Assembly: GCF_963921235.1 (NCBI RefSeq)
Contig: NC_086108.1
Span: 2,046,001 to 2,110,000, forward strand
Direction: 5' to 3'
DNA: 64,000 nucleotides
From: Mobula hypostoma
Taxonomy: Eukaryota
In this document: piece after piece, positions 13,701 through 26,800 of the stretch
How the letters are laid out: each line of letters begins with the position of its first letter
Numbering within the stretch: the stretch's first letter is position 1
Made by a program: the position numbers and the translations under genes
Notes under the pieces: generated by a model
The model's database searches: none
What the model was told of the DNA's origin: nothing
The model's input: the letters and a program-made list of their open reading frames with translations, nothing else

Positions 13701-14110
13701 GTCACGGGTAGAGACGAGGGAGAGTTGGTCATTGGTAGAGACGAGGGGAGTTGGTCACGGGTAGAGACGAGGGACAGTTGGTCACGGGTAGAGACGAGGG
13801 GAGTTGGTCACGGGGAGAGACGAGGGGGAGTTGGTCACGGGGAGAGACGAGGGGAGTTGGTCACGGGTAGAGACGAGGGGAGTTGGTCACGGGTCGAGAC
13901 GAGGGAGAGTTGCTCAGGGGTAGAGACGAGGGAGAGTTGGTCACGGGTAGAGACGAGGGGAGTTGGTCACGGGTAGAGAATAGGGAGAGTTGGTCACGGG
14001 TAGAGACGACGGAGAGTTGGTCACGGGTAGAGACGGGGGGAGGTGGTCATGGGTAGAGATGACGGAGTGTTCGTCATGGGTAGAGATGACGGGGAGTTGG
14101 TCATGGGTAG
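8640..14110 (+). repeat. Higher-order duplication, offset 2950 then 2924 bp
   Basis: CACGGGCTGAG at 8891/11841 gives 2950. The B marker at 9741/12665 and ORF pairs 10080/13004 and 10774/13698 give 2924. Confidence 0.8.
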
Positions 14111-16990
14111 AGACGAGGGGACTTGGTCATGGGTAGAGATGAGGGAGAGTTGTTCATGGGTAGAGACGAGGGAGAGTTGGTCACTGGTAGAGACGAGGGA
14201 GAGTTGGTCACGGGTAGAGACGAGGGAGAGTTGGTAACGGGTAGAGACGAGGTGAGTTGGTCACGGGTGGAGACGAGGGGAGTTGGTCACGGGCAGAGAC
14301 GAGGGGAGTTTGTCACGGGTAGAGACGAGGGGGAGTTGTTCATGGGTAGAGACGAGGGGGAGATGGTCATGGGTAGAGATGATGGAGAGTTGGTCACGGG
14401 TAGAGACGAGGAGAGTTGGTCATGGGTAGAGACGAAGGGAGTTGGTCACGGGTAGAGACGAGGGGAGTTGGTCACGGGTAGAGATGAGGGAGAGTTGGTC
14501 ATTGGTAGAGATGAGGGGAGTTGGTCATGCGTAGAGACGAGGGGAGTTTGTCACGGGTAGAGACAAGGGGAGTTGGTCACGGGTAGAGAAGAGGGAGAGT
14601 TGGTCACGGGTAGAGACGACGGAGAGTTGGTCACGGGTAGAGACGGGGGGAGTTGGTCATGGGTAGAGATGACGAGAGTTGGTCATGGGTAGAGACGAGG
14701 GGACTTGGTCATGGGTAGAGATGAGGGAGAGTTGTTCATGGGTAGAGACGAGGGAGAGTTGGTCACTGGTAGAGACGAGGGAGAGTTGGTCACGGGTAGA
14801 GACGAGGGAGAGTTGGTAACGGGTAGAGACGAGGGGAGTTGGTCACGGGTAAAGACGAGGGGAGTTGGTCACGGGCAGAGACGAGGGGAGTTTGTCACGG
14901 GTAGAGACGAGGGGGAGTTGTTCATGGGTAGAGACGAGGGGGAGTTGGTCATGGGTAGAGATGATGGAGAGTTGGTCACGGGTAGAGACGAGGAGAGTTG
15001 GTCATGGGTAGAGACGAAGGGAGTCGGTCACGGGTAGAGACGAGGGGGAGTTGGTCACGGGTACAGACGAGGGGAGTTGGTCACGGTTAAAGATGAGAGG
15101 GAGTTGGTCACGGGTAGAGACGAAGGGGAGTTGGTCACGGGTAGAGACGAGGGGAGTTGGTCATGGGTAGAGATAACGGAGAGTTGGTCATGGGTAGAGA
15201 CGAGGGGAGTTGGTCATGGGTAGAGTTGACGGAGAGTTGGTCACGGGTAGAGACGAGGGGCGTTGGTCACGGGTAGAGACGAGGGAGAGTTGGTCATTGG
15301 TAGAGACGAGGGGAGTTGGTCACGGGTAGAGACGAGGGAAAGTTGGTCACGGGTAGAGACGAGGGGAGTTGGTCACGGGGAGAGACGAGGGGGAGTTGGT
15401 CACGGGGAGAGACGAGGGGAGTTGGTCACGGGTAGAGACGAGGGGAGTTGGTCACGGGTCGAGACGAGGGAGAGTTGCTCAGGGGTAGAGACGAGGGAGA
15501 GTTGGTCACGGGTAGAGACGAGGGGAGTTGGTCACGGGTAGAGAATAGGGAGAGTTGGTCACGGGTAGAGACGACGGAGAGTTGGTCACGGGTAGAGACG
15601 GGGGGAGGTGGTCATGGGTAGAGATGACGGAGTGTTCGTCATGGGTAGAGATGACGGGGAGTTGGTCATGGGTAGAGACGAGGGGACTTGGTCATGGGTA
15701 GAGATGAGGGAGAGTTGTTCATGGGTAGAGACGAGGGAGAGTTGGTCACTGGTAGAGACGAGGGAGAGTTGGTCACGGGTAGAGACGAGGGAGAGTTGGT
15801 AACGGGTAGAGACGAGGTGAGTTGGTCACGGGTGGAGACGAGGGGAGTTGGTCACGGGCAGAGACGAGGGGAGTTTGTCACGGGTAGAGACGAGGGGGAG
15901 TTGTTCATGGGTAGAGACGAGGGGGAGATGGTCATGGGTAGAGATGATGGAGAGTTGGTCACGGGTAGAGACGAGGAGAGTTGGTCATGGGTAGAGACGA
16001 AGGGAGTTGGTCACGGGTAGAGACGAGGGGAGTTGGTCACGGGTAGAGATGAGGGAGAGTTGGTCATTGGTAGAGATGAGGGGAGTTGGTCATGCGTAGA
16101 GACGAGGGGAGTTTGTCACGGGTAGAGACAAGGGGAGTTGGTCACGGGTAGAGAAGAGGGAGAGTTGGTCACGGGTAGAGACGACGGAGAGTTGGTCACG
16201 GGTAGAGACGGGGGGAGTTGGTCATGGGTAGAGATGACGAGAGTTGGTCATGGGTAGAGACGAGGGGACTTGGTCATGGGTAGAGATGAGGGAGAGTTGT
16301 TCATGGGTAGAGACGAGGGAGAGTTGGTCACTGGTAGAGACGAGGGAGAGTTGGTCACGGGTAGAGACGAGGGAGAGTTGGTAACGGGTAGAGACAAGGG
16401 GAGTTGGTCACGGGTAAAGACGAGGGGAGTTGGTCACGGGCAGAGACGAGGGGAGTTTGTCACGGGTAGAGACGAGGGGGAGTTGTTCATGGGTAGAGAC
16501 GAGGGGGAGTTGGTCATGGGTAGAGATGATGGAGAGTTGGTCACGGGTAGAGACGAGGAGAGTTGGTCATGGGTAGAGACGAAGGGAGTTGGTCACGGGT
16601 AGAGACGAGGGGGAGTTGGTCACGGGTAGAGACGAGGGGAGTTGGTCACGGTTAAAGATGAGAGGGAGTTGGTCACGGGTAGAGACGAAGGGGAGTTGGT
16701 CACGGGTAGAGACGAGGGGAGTTGGTCATGGGTAGAGATGACGGAGAGTTGGTCATGGGTAGAGACGAGGGGAGTTGGTCATGGGTAGAGTTGACGGAGA
16801 GTTGGTCACGGGTAGAGACGAGGGGCGTTGGTCACGGGTAGAGACGAGGGAGAGTTGGTCATTGGTAGAGACGAGGCGAGTTGGTCACGGGTAGAGACGA
16901 GGGAATGTTGGTCACGGGTAGAGACGAGGGGAGTTGGTCACGGGGAGAGACGAGGGGGAGTTGGTCACGGGGAGAGACGAGGGGAGTTGG
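13550..16990 (+). repeat. Higher-order tandem duplication, period 1565 bp (two copies plus a partial third)
   Basis: GAATAGGG at 13978/15543. ORF pairs 13698/15263/16828, 14043/15608, 14123/15688 and 14705/16270 are all 1565 apart. Confidence 0.9.
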
Positions 16991-17599
16991 TCACGGGTAG
17001 AGACGAGGGGAGTTCGTCATGGGTAGAGACGAGGGAGAGTTGCTCACGGGTAGAGACGAGGGAGAGTTGGTCACGGGTAGAGACGAGGGGAGTTGGTCAC
17101 GGGTAGAGACGACGGGGAGTTGGTCACGGGTAGAGACGAGGGGGAGTTGGTCACGGGTAGAGAGGAGGGAGAGTTGGTCACGGGTAGAGATGATGAAGTG
17201 TTGGTCACGGGTAGAGACGAGGGGAGTTGGTCATGGGTAGAGACGAAGGGAGTTGGTCACGGGTAGAGATGAGGGGGAGTTGGTCATGGGTAGAGATGAG
17301 GGGGAGTTGGTTACGGGTAGAGACGAGGGGAGTTGCTCACGTGTAAAGATGAGAGGTAGTTGGTCACGGGTAGAGACGAAGGGAGTTGGTCACGGGTAGA
17401 GACGAGGGGAGTTGGTCACGGGTAGAGATGAGGGAGAGTTGGTCATTGGTAGAGATGAGGGGAGTTGGTCATGCATAGACATGAGGGGAGTTTGTCACGG
17501 GTAGAGACAAGGGGAGTTGGTCACGGGTAGAAAAGAGGGAGAGTTGGTCACGGGTAGAGACGAGGGAGAGTTGGTCACGGGTAGAGACGGGGGGAGTTG

Positions 17600-20500
17600 G
17601 TCACGGGTAGAGATGACGGAGTGTTGGTTATGGGTAGAGATGACGGAGAGTTGGTCATGGGTAGAGACGAGGGGAGTTGGTCATGGTAGAGATGAGGGAG
17701 AGATGTTCATGGGTAGAGACGAGGGAGAGTTGGTCACTGGTAGAGACGAGGGAGAGTTCGTCATGGGTAGAGACGAGGGAGAGTTGGTAACGGGTAGAGA
17801 CGAGGGAGAGTTGGTCACGGGTAGAGACGAGGGAGAGTTGTTCGTGGGTAGAGACGAGGGAGAGTTGGTAACGGGTAGAGACCAGGGAGAGTTGGTCATG
17901 GGTAGAGACGAGGGGTGTTGGTCACGGGTAGAGACGAGGGAGATTTGTTCACGGGTAGAGGCGAGGGAGAGTTGGTCACGGGTAGAGACGAGGGAGAGTG
18001 GGTCACGGGTAGAGACGAGGGTGAGTTGTTCACGGGTAGAGACGAGGGGAGTTGGTCATGGGTAGAGACGAAGGGAGTTGGTCACGGGTAGAGATGAGGG
18101 GGAGTTGGTCATGGGTAGAGATGAGGGAGAGTTGGTCACGGGTAGAGACGAGGAGAGTTGGTCATGGGTAGAGACGAAGGGAGTTGGTCACGGGTAGAGA
18201 CGAGGGGGAGTTGGTCACGGGTAGAGACGAGGGGAGTTGGTCACGGTTAAAGAGAAGAGGGAGTTGGTCACGGGTAGAGACGAAGGGGAGTTGGTCACGG
18301 GTAGAGACGAGGGGAGTTGGTCATGGGTAGAGATGACGGAGAGTTGGTCATGGGTAGAGACGAGGGGAGTTGGTCATGGGTAGAGTTGACGGAGAGTTGG
18401 TCACGGGTAGAGACGAGGGGCGTTGGTCACGGGTAGAGACGAGGGAGAGTTGGTCATTGGTAGAGACGAGGGGAGTTGGTCACGGGTAGAGACGAGGGAA
18501 AGTTGGTCACGGGTAGAGACGAGGGGAGTTGGTCACGGGGAGAGACGAGGGGGAGTTGGTCACGGGGAGAGACGAGGGGAGTTGGTCACGGGTAGAGACG
18601 AGGGGAGTTGGTCACGGGTAGAGACGAGGGAGAGTTGCTCAAGGGTAGAGACGAGGGAGAGTTGGTCACGGGTAGAGACGAGGGGAGTTGGTCACGGGTA
18701 GAGACGAGGGGGAGTTGGTCACGGGTAAAGACGAGGGGGAGTTGGTCACGGGTAGAGAGGAAGGAGAATTGGTCACGGGTAGAGATGATGGAGTGTTGGT
18801 CACGGGTAGAGACGAGGGGAGTTGGTCATGGGTAGAGACGAAGGGAGTTGGTCACGGGTAGAGATGAGGGGGAGTTGGTCATGGGTAGAGATGAGGGGGA
18901 GTTGGTTACGGGTAGAGACGAGGGGAGTTGCTCACGTGTAAAGATGAGAGGTAGTTGGTCACGGGTAGAGACGAGGGGAGTTGGTCACGGGTAGAGACGA
19001 GGGGAGTTGGTCACGGGTAGAGATGAGGGAGAGTTGGTCATTGGTAGAGATGAGGGGAGTGGGTCATGCGTAGAGATGAGGGGAGTTTGTCACGGGTAGA
19101 GACAAGGGGAGTTGGTCACGGGTAGAGATGAGGGAGAGTTGGTCACGGGTAGAGACGAGGGAGAGTTGGTCACGGGTAGAGACGGGGGGAGTTGGTCACG
19201 GGTAGAGATGACGGAGTGTTGGTCATGGGTAGAGATGACGGAGAGTTGGTCATGGGTAGAGACGAGGGGAGTTGGTCATGGGTAGAGATGAGGGAGAGTT
19301 GTTCATGGGTAGAGACGAGGGAGAGTTGGTCACTGGTAGAGACAAGGGAGAGTTGGTCATGGGTAGAGACGAGGGAGAGTTGGTAACGGGTAGAGACGAG
19401 GGAGAGTTGGTAACGGGTAGAGACGAGGGAGAGTTGGTCACGGGTAGAGACGAGGGAGAGTTGTTCGTGGGTAGAGACGAGGGAGAGTTGGTAACGGGTA
19501 GAGACCAGGGAGAGTTGGTCATGGGTAGAGACGAGGGGTGTTGGTCACGGGTAGAGACGAGGGAGATTTGTTCACGGGTAGAGGCGAGGGAGAGTTGGTC
19601 ACGGGTAGAGACGAGGGAGAGTGGGTCACGGGTAGAGACGAGGGTGAGTTGTTCACGGGTAGAGACGAGGGGAGTTGGTCATGGGTAGAGACGAAGGGAG
19701 TTGGTCACGGGTAGAGTTGAGGGGGAGTTGGTCATGGGTAGAGATGAGGGGGAGTTGGTTATGGGTAGAGACGAGGGGAGTTGGTCACATGTAAAGATGA
19801 GAGGTAGTTGGTCACGGGTAGAGACGAGGGGAGTTGGTCACGGGTAGAGACGAGGGGAGTTGGTCACGGGTAGAGATGAGGGGAGTTGGTCATGCGTAGA
19901 GACGAGGGGAGTTTGTCACGGGTAGAGACAAGGGGAGTTGGTCACGGGCAGAGAAGAGGGAGAGTTGGTCACGGGTAGAGACGAGGGAGAGTGGGTCAGG
20001 GGTAGAGAGGAGGGAGAGCTGTTCACGGGTAGAGACAACGGGAGATGGTCATGGGTAGAGACGAAGGGAGTTGGTCACGGGTAGAGACGAGGGAGAGTTG
20101 GTCACGGGTAGAGACGAGGGAGAGTTGGTCACGGGTAGAGACGAGGGGAGTTGGTCACGGGTAGAGACGAGGGGGAGTTGGTCACGGGTAGAGACGAGGG
20201 GGAGTTGGTCACGGGTAGAGAGGAGGGAGAGTTGGTCACGGGTAGAGATGATGGAGTGTTGGTCACGGGTAGAGACGAGGGGAGTTGGTCATGGGTAGAG
20301 ACGAAGGGAGTTGGTCACGGTTAGAGATGAGGGGGAGTTGGTCATGGGTAGAGATGAAGGGGAGTTGGTTACGGGTAGAGACGAGGGGAGTTGCTCACGT
20401 GTAAAGATGAGAGGTAGTTGGTCACGGGTAGAGACGAGGGGAGTTGGTCACGGGTAGAGACGAGGGGAGTTGGTCACGGGTAGAGATGAGGGAGAGTTTG

Positions 20501-23500
20501 TCATTGGTAGAGATGAGGGGAGTTGGTCATGCGTAGAGATGAGGGGAGTTTGTCACGGGTAGAGACATGGGGAGTTGGTCACGGGTAGAGAAGAGGGAGA
20601 TTGGTCACGGGTAGAGACGAGGGAGAGTTGGTCACGGGTAGAGACGAGGGGAGTTTGTCACGGGTAGAGACAAGGGGAGTTGGTCACGGGTAGAGAAGAG
20701 GGAGAGTTGGTCACGGGTAGAGACGGGGGGAGTTGGTCATGGGTAGAGATGACGGAGTGTTGGTCATGGGTCGAGATGACGGAGAGTTGGTCATGGGTAG
20801 AGACGAGGGGAGTTGGTCATGGGTAGAGATGAGGGAGAGTTGTTCATGGGTAGAGACGAGGGAGAGTTGGTCACTGGTAGAGACGAGGGAGAGTTGGTAA
20901 CGGGTAGAGACGAGGGAGAGTTGGTCACGGGTAGAGACGAGGGAGAGTTGTTCGTGGGTAGAGACGAGGGAGAGTTGGTAACGGGTAGAGACCAGGGAGA
21001 GTTGGTCATGGGTAGAGACGAGGGGTGTTGGTCACGGGTAGAGACGAGGGAGATTTGTTCACGGGTAGAGGCGAGGGAGAGTTGGTCACGGGTAGAGACG
21101 AGGGAGAGTGGGTCACGGGTAGAGACGAGGGTGAGTTGTTCACGGGTAGAGACGAGGGGAGTTGGTCATGGGTAGAGACGAAGGGAGTTGGTCACGGGTA
21201 GAGATGAGGGGGAGTTGGTCATGGGTAGAGATGATGGAGAGTTGGTCACGGGTAGAGACGAGGAGAGTTGGTCACGGGTAGAGACGAGGGAGAGTTGGTC
21301 ACGGGTAGAGACGAGGGGAGTTGGTCACGGGTAGAGACGAGGGGGAGTTGGTCACGGGTAGAGACGAGGGGGAGTTGGTCACGGGTAGAGAGGAGGGAGA
21401 GTTGGTCACGGGTAGAGATGATGGAGTGTTGGTCACGGGTAGAGACGAGGGGAGTTGGTCATGGGTAGAGACGAAGGGAGTTGGTCACGGGTAGAGATGA
21501 GGGGGAGTTGGTCATGGGTAGAGATGAAGGGGAGTTGGTTACGGGTAGAGACGAGGGGAGTTGCTCACGTGTAAAGATGAGAGGTAGTTGGTCACGGGTA
21601 GAGACGAGGGGAGTTGGTCACGGGTAGAGACGAGGGGAGTTGGTCACGGGTAGAGATGAGGGAGAGTTGGTCATTGGTAGAGATGAGGGGAGTTGGTCAT
21701 GCGTAGAGATGAGGGGAGTTTGTCACGGGTAGAGACATGGGGAGTTGGTCACGGGTAGAGAAGAGGGAGATTGGTCACGGGTAGAGACGAGGGAGAGTTG
21801 GTCACGGGTAGAGACGAGGGGAGTTTGTCACGGGTAGAGACAAGGGGAGTTGGTCACGGGTAGAGAAGAGGGAGAGTTGGTCACGGGTAGAGACGGGGGG
21901 AGTTGGTCATGGGTAGAGATGACGGAGTGTTGGTCATGGGTAGAGATGACGGAGAGTTGGTCATGGGTAGAGACGAGGGGAGTTGGTCATGGGTAGAGAT
22001 GAGGGAGAGTTGTTCATGGGTAGAGACGAGGGAGAGTTGGTCACTGGTAGAGACGAGGGAGAGTTCGTCATGGGTAGAGACGAGGGAGAGTTGGTAACGG
22101 GTAGAGACGAGGGAGAGTTGGTCACGGGTAGAGACGAGGGAGAGTTGTTCGTGGGTAGAGACGAGGGAGAGTTGGTAACGGGTAGAGACCAGGGAGAGTT
22201 GGTCATGGGTAAAGACGAGGGGTGTTGGTCACGGGTAGAGACGAGGGAGATTTGTTCACGGGTAGAGGCGAGGGAGAGTTGGTCACGGGTAGAGACGAGG
22301 GAGAGTGGGTCACGGGTAGAGACGAGGGTGAGTTGTTCACGGGTAGAGACGAGGGGAGTTGGTCATGGGTAGAGACGAAGGGAGTTGGTCACGGGTAGAG
22401 ATGAGGGGGAGTTGGTCATGGGTAGAGATGATGGAGAGTTGGTCACGGGTAGAGACGAGGAGAGTTGGTCATGGGTAGAGACGAAGGGAGTTGGTCACGG
22501 GTAGAGACGAGGGGGAGTTGGTCACGGGTAGAGACGAGGGGAGTTGGTCACGGTTAAAGATGAGAGGGAGTTGGTCACGGGTAGAGACGAAGGGGAGTTG
22601 GTCACGGGCAGAGACGAGGGGAGTTGGTCATGGGTAGAGATGACGGAGAGTTGGTCATGGGTAGAGACGAGGGGAGTTGGTCATGGGTAGAGTTGACGGA
22701 GAGTTGGTCACGGGTAGAGACAATGGGCGTTGGTCACGGGTAGAGACGAGGGAGAGTTGGTCATTGGTAGAGACAAGGGGAGTTGGTCACGGGTAGAGAC
22801 GAGGGAAAGTTGGTCACGGGTAGAGACGAGGGGAGTTGGTCACGGGGAGAGACGAGGGGGAGTTGGTCACGGGGAGAGACGAGGGGAGTTGGTCACGGGT
22901 AGAGACGAGGGGAGTTGGTCACGGGTAGAGACGAGGGAGAGTTGCTCAAGGGTAGAGACGAGGGAGAGTTGGTCACGGGTAGAGACGAGGGGAGTTGGTC
23001 ACGGGTAGAGACGAGGGGGAGTTGGTCACGGGTAAAGACGAGGGGGAGTTGGTCACGGGTAGAGAGGAAGGAGAGTTGGTCACGGGTAGAGATGATGGAG
23101 TGTTGGTCACGGGTAGAGACGAGGGGAGTTGGTCATGGGTAGAGACGAAGGGAGTTGGTCACGGGTAGAGATGAGGGGGAGTTGGTCATGGGTAGAGATG
23201 AGGGGGAGTTGGTTACGGGTAGAGACGAGGGGAGTTGCTCACGTGTAAAGATGAGAGGTAGTTCGTCACGGGTAGAGACGAGGGGAGTTGGTCACGGGTA
23301 GAGACGAGGGGAGTTGGTCACGGGTAGAGATGAGGGAGAGTTGGTCATTGGTAGAGATGAGGGGAGTTGGTCATGCGTAGAGATGAGGGGAGTTTGTCAC
23401 GGGTAGAGACAAGGGGAGTTGGTCACGGGTAGAGAAGAGGGAGAGTTGGTCACGGGTAGAGACGAGGGAGAGTTGGTCACGGGTAGAGACGGGGGAGTTG

Positions 23501-23860
23501 GTCACGGGTAGAGATGACGGAGTGTTGGTCATGGGTAGAGATGACGGAGAGTTGGTCATGGGTAGAGACGAGGGGAGTTGGTCATGGGTAGAGATGAGGG
23601 AGAGTTGTTCATGGGTAGAGACGAGGGAGAGTTGGTCACTGGTAGAGACAAGGGAGAGTTGGTCATGGGTAGAGACGAGGGAGAGTTGGTAACGGGTAGA
23701 GACGAGGGAGAGTTGGTAACGGGTAGAGACGAGGGAGAGTTGGTCACGGGTAGAGACGAGGGAGAGTTGTTCGTGGGTAGAGACGAGGGAGAGTTGGTAA
23801 CGGGTAGAGACCAGGGAGAGTTGGTCATGGGTAGAGACGAGGGGTGTTGGTCACGGGTAG
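17600..23860 (+). repeat. Dispersed duplication at offset 4307 bp (about 17.6-19.55 kb vs 21.9-23.86 kb), overlapping a 1170-bp tandem duplication (about 20.09-22.46 kb)
   Basis: TTCGTCATGGG at 17757/22064, the B marker at 18933/23240 and ORFs 18423/22730 give 4307. The B marker at 20396/21566 and ORFs 20813/21983 give 1170. Confidence 0.8.
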
Positions 23861-26800
23861 AGATGACGGAGTGTTGGTCATGGGTAGAGATGACGGAGAG
23901 TTGGTCATGGGTAGAGACGAGGGGAGTTGGTCATGGGTAGAGATGAGGGAGAGTTGTTCATGGGTAGAGACGAGGGAGAGTTGGTCACTGGTAGAGACGA
24001 GGGAGAGTTGGTCATGGGTAGAGACGAGGGAGAGTTGGTAACGGGTAGAGACGAGGGAGAGTTGGTCACGGGTAGAGACGAGGGAGAGTTGTTCGTGGGT
24101 AGAGACGAGGGAGAGTTGGTAACGGGTAGAGACCAGGGAGAGTTGGTCATGGGTAGAGACGAGGGGTGTTGGTCACGGGTAGAGACGAGGGAGATTTGTT
24201 CACGGGTAGAGGCGAGCGAGAGTTGGTCACGGGTAGAGACGAGGGAGAGTGGGTCACGGGTAGAGACGAGGGTGAGTTGTTCACGGGTAGAGACGAGGGG
24301 AGTTGGTCATGGGTAGAGACGAAGGGAGTTGGTCACGGGTAGAGATGAGGGGGAGTTGGTCATGGGTAGAGATGATGGAGAGTTGGTCACGGGTAGAGAC
24401 GAGGAGAGTTGGTCATGGGTAGAGACGAAGGGAGTTGGTCACCGTTAGAGACGAGGGGGAGTTGGTCACGGGTAGAGACGAGGGGAGTTGGTCACGGTTA
24501 AAGATGAGAGGGAGTTGGTCACGGGTAGAGACGAAGGGGAGTTGGTCACGGGTAGAGACGAGGGGAGTTGGTCATGGGTAGAGATGACGGAGAGTTGGTC
24601 ATGGGTAGAGACGAGGGGAGTTGGTCATGGGTAGAGAGGACGGAGAGTTGGTCACGGGTAGAGACGAGGGGCGTTGGTCACGGGTAGAGACGAGGGAGAG
24701 TTGGTCATTGGTAGAGACGAGGGGAGTTGGTCACGGGTAGAGACGAGGGAAAGTTGGTCACGGGTAGAGACGAGGGGAGTTGGTCACGGGGAGAGACGAG
24801 GGGGAGTTGGTCACGGGTAGAGACGAGGGGAGTTGGTCACGGGTAGAGACGAGGGGAGTTGGTCACGGGTAGAGACGAGGGAGAGTTGCTCAAGGGTAGA
24901 GACGAGGGAGAGTTGGTCACGGGTAGAGACGAGGGGAGTTGGTCACGGGTAGAGACGAGGGGGAGTTGGTCACGGGTAAAGACGAGGGGGAGTTGGTCAC
25001 GGGTAGAGAGGAAGGAGAGTTGGTCACGGGTAGAGATGATGGAGTGTTGGTCACGGGTAGAGACGAGGGGAGTTGGTCATGGGTAGAGACGAAGGGAGTT
25101 GGTCACGGGTAGAGATGAGGGGGAGTTGGTCATGGGTAGAGATGAGGAGGAGTTGGTTACGGGTAGAGACGAGGGGAGTTGCTCACGTGTAAAGATGAGA
25201 GGTAGTTGGTCACGGGTAGAGACGAGGGGAGTTGGTCACGGGTAGAGACGAGGGGAGTTGGTCACGGGTAGAGATGAGGGAGAGTTGGTCATTGGTAGAG
25301 ATGAGGGGAGTTGGTCATGCGTAGAGATGAGGGGAGTTTGTCACGGGTAGAGACAAGGGGAGTTGGTCACGGGTAGAGAAGAGGGTGAGTTGGTCACGGG
25401 TAGAGACGAGGGAGAGTTGGTCACGGGTAGAGACGGGGGGAGTTGGTCACGGGTAGAGATGACGGAGTGTTGGTCATGGGTAGAGATGACGGAGAGTTGG
25501 TCATGGGTAGAGACGAGGGGAGTTGGTCATGGGTAGAGATGAGGGAGAGTTGTTCATGGGTAGAGACGAGGGAGAGTTGGTCACTGGTAGAGACAAGGGA
25601 GAGTTGGTCATGGGTAGAGACGAGGGAGAGTTGGTAACGGGTAGAGACGAGGGAGAGTTGGTAACGGGTAGAGACGAGGGAGAGTTGGTCACGGGTAGAG
25701 ACGAGGGAGAGTTGTTCGTGGGTAGAGACGAGGGAGAGTTGGTAACGGGTAGAGACCAGGGAGAGTTGGTCATGGGTAGAGACGAGGGGTGTTGGTCACG
25801 GGTAGAGACGAGGGAGATTTCTTCACGGGTAGAGGCAAGGGAGAGTTGGTCACGGGTAGAGACGAGGGAGAGTGGGTCACGGGTAGAGACGAGGGTGAGT
25901 TGTTCACGGGTAGAGACGAGGGGAGTTGGTCATGGGTAGAGACGAAGGGAGTTGGTCACGGGTAGAGTTGAGGGGGAGTTGGTCATGGGTAGAGATGAGG
26001 GGGAGTTGGTTATGGGTAGAGACGAGGGGAGTTGGTCACATGTAAAGATGAGAGGTAGTTGGTCACGGGTAGAGACGAGGGGAGTTGGTCACGGGTAGGG
26101 ACGAGGGGAGTTGGTCATGGGTAGAGATGAGGGGAGTTTGTCACGGGTAGAGACAAGGGGAGTTGGTCACGGGCAGAGAAGAGGGAGAGTTGGTCACGGG
26201 TAGAGACGAGGGAGAGTGGGTCACGGGTAGAGAGGAGGGAGAGCTGTTCACGGGTAGAGACAACGGGAGTTGGTCATGGGTAGAGACGAAGGGAGTTGGT
26301 CACGGGTAGAGACGAGGGGGAGTTGGTCACGGGTAAAGACGAGGGGGAGTTGGTCACGGGTAGAGAGGAAGGAGAGTTGGTCACGGGTAGAGATGATGGA
26401 GTGTTGGTCACGGGTAGAGACGAGGGGAGTTGGTCATGGGTAGAGACGAAGGGAGTTGGTCACGGGTAGAGATGAGGGGGAGTTGGTCATGGGTAGAGAT
26501 GAGGGGGAGTTGGTTACGGGTAGAGACGAGGGGAGTTGCTCACGTGTAAAGATGAGAGGTAGTTCGTCACGGGTAGAGACGAGGGGAGTTGGTCACGGGT
26601 AGAGACGAGGGGAGTTGGTCACGGGTAGAGATGAGGGAGAGTTGGTCATTGGTAGAGATGAGGGGAGTTGGTCATGCGTAGAAATGAGGGGAGTTTGTCA
26701 CGGGTAGAGACAAGGGGAGTTGGTCACGGGTAGAGAAGAGGGAGAGTTGGTCACGGGTAGAGACGAGGGAGAGTTGGTCACGGGTAGAGACGGGGGGGAG

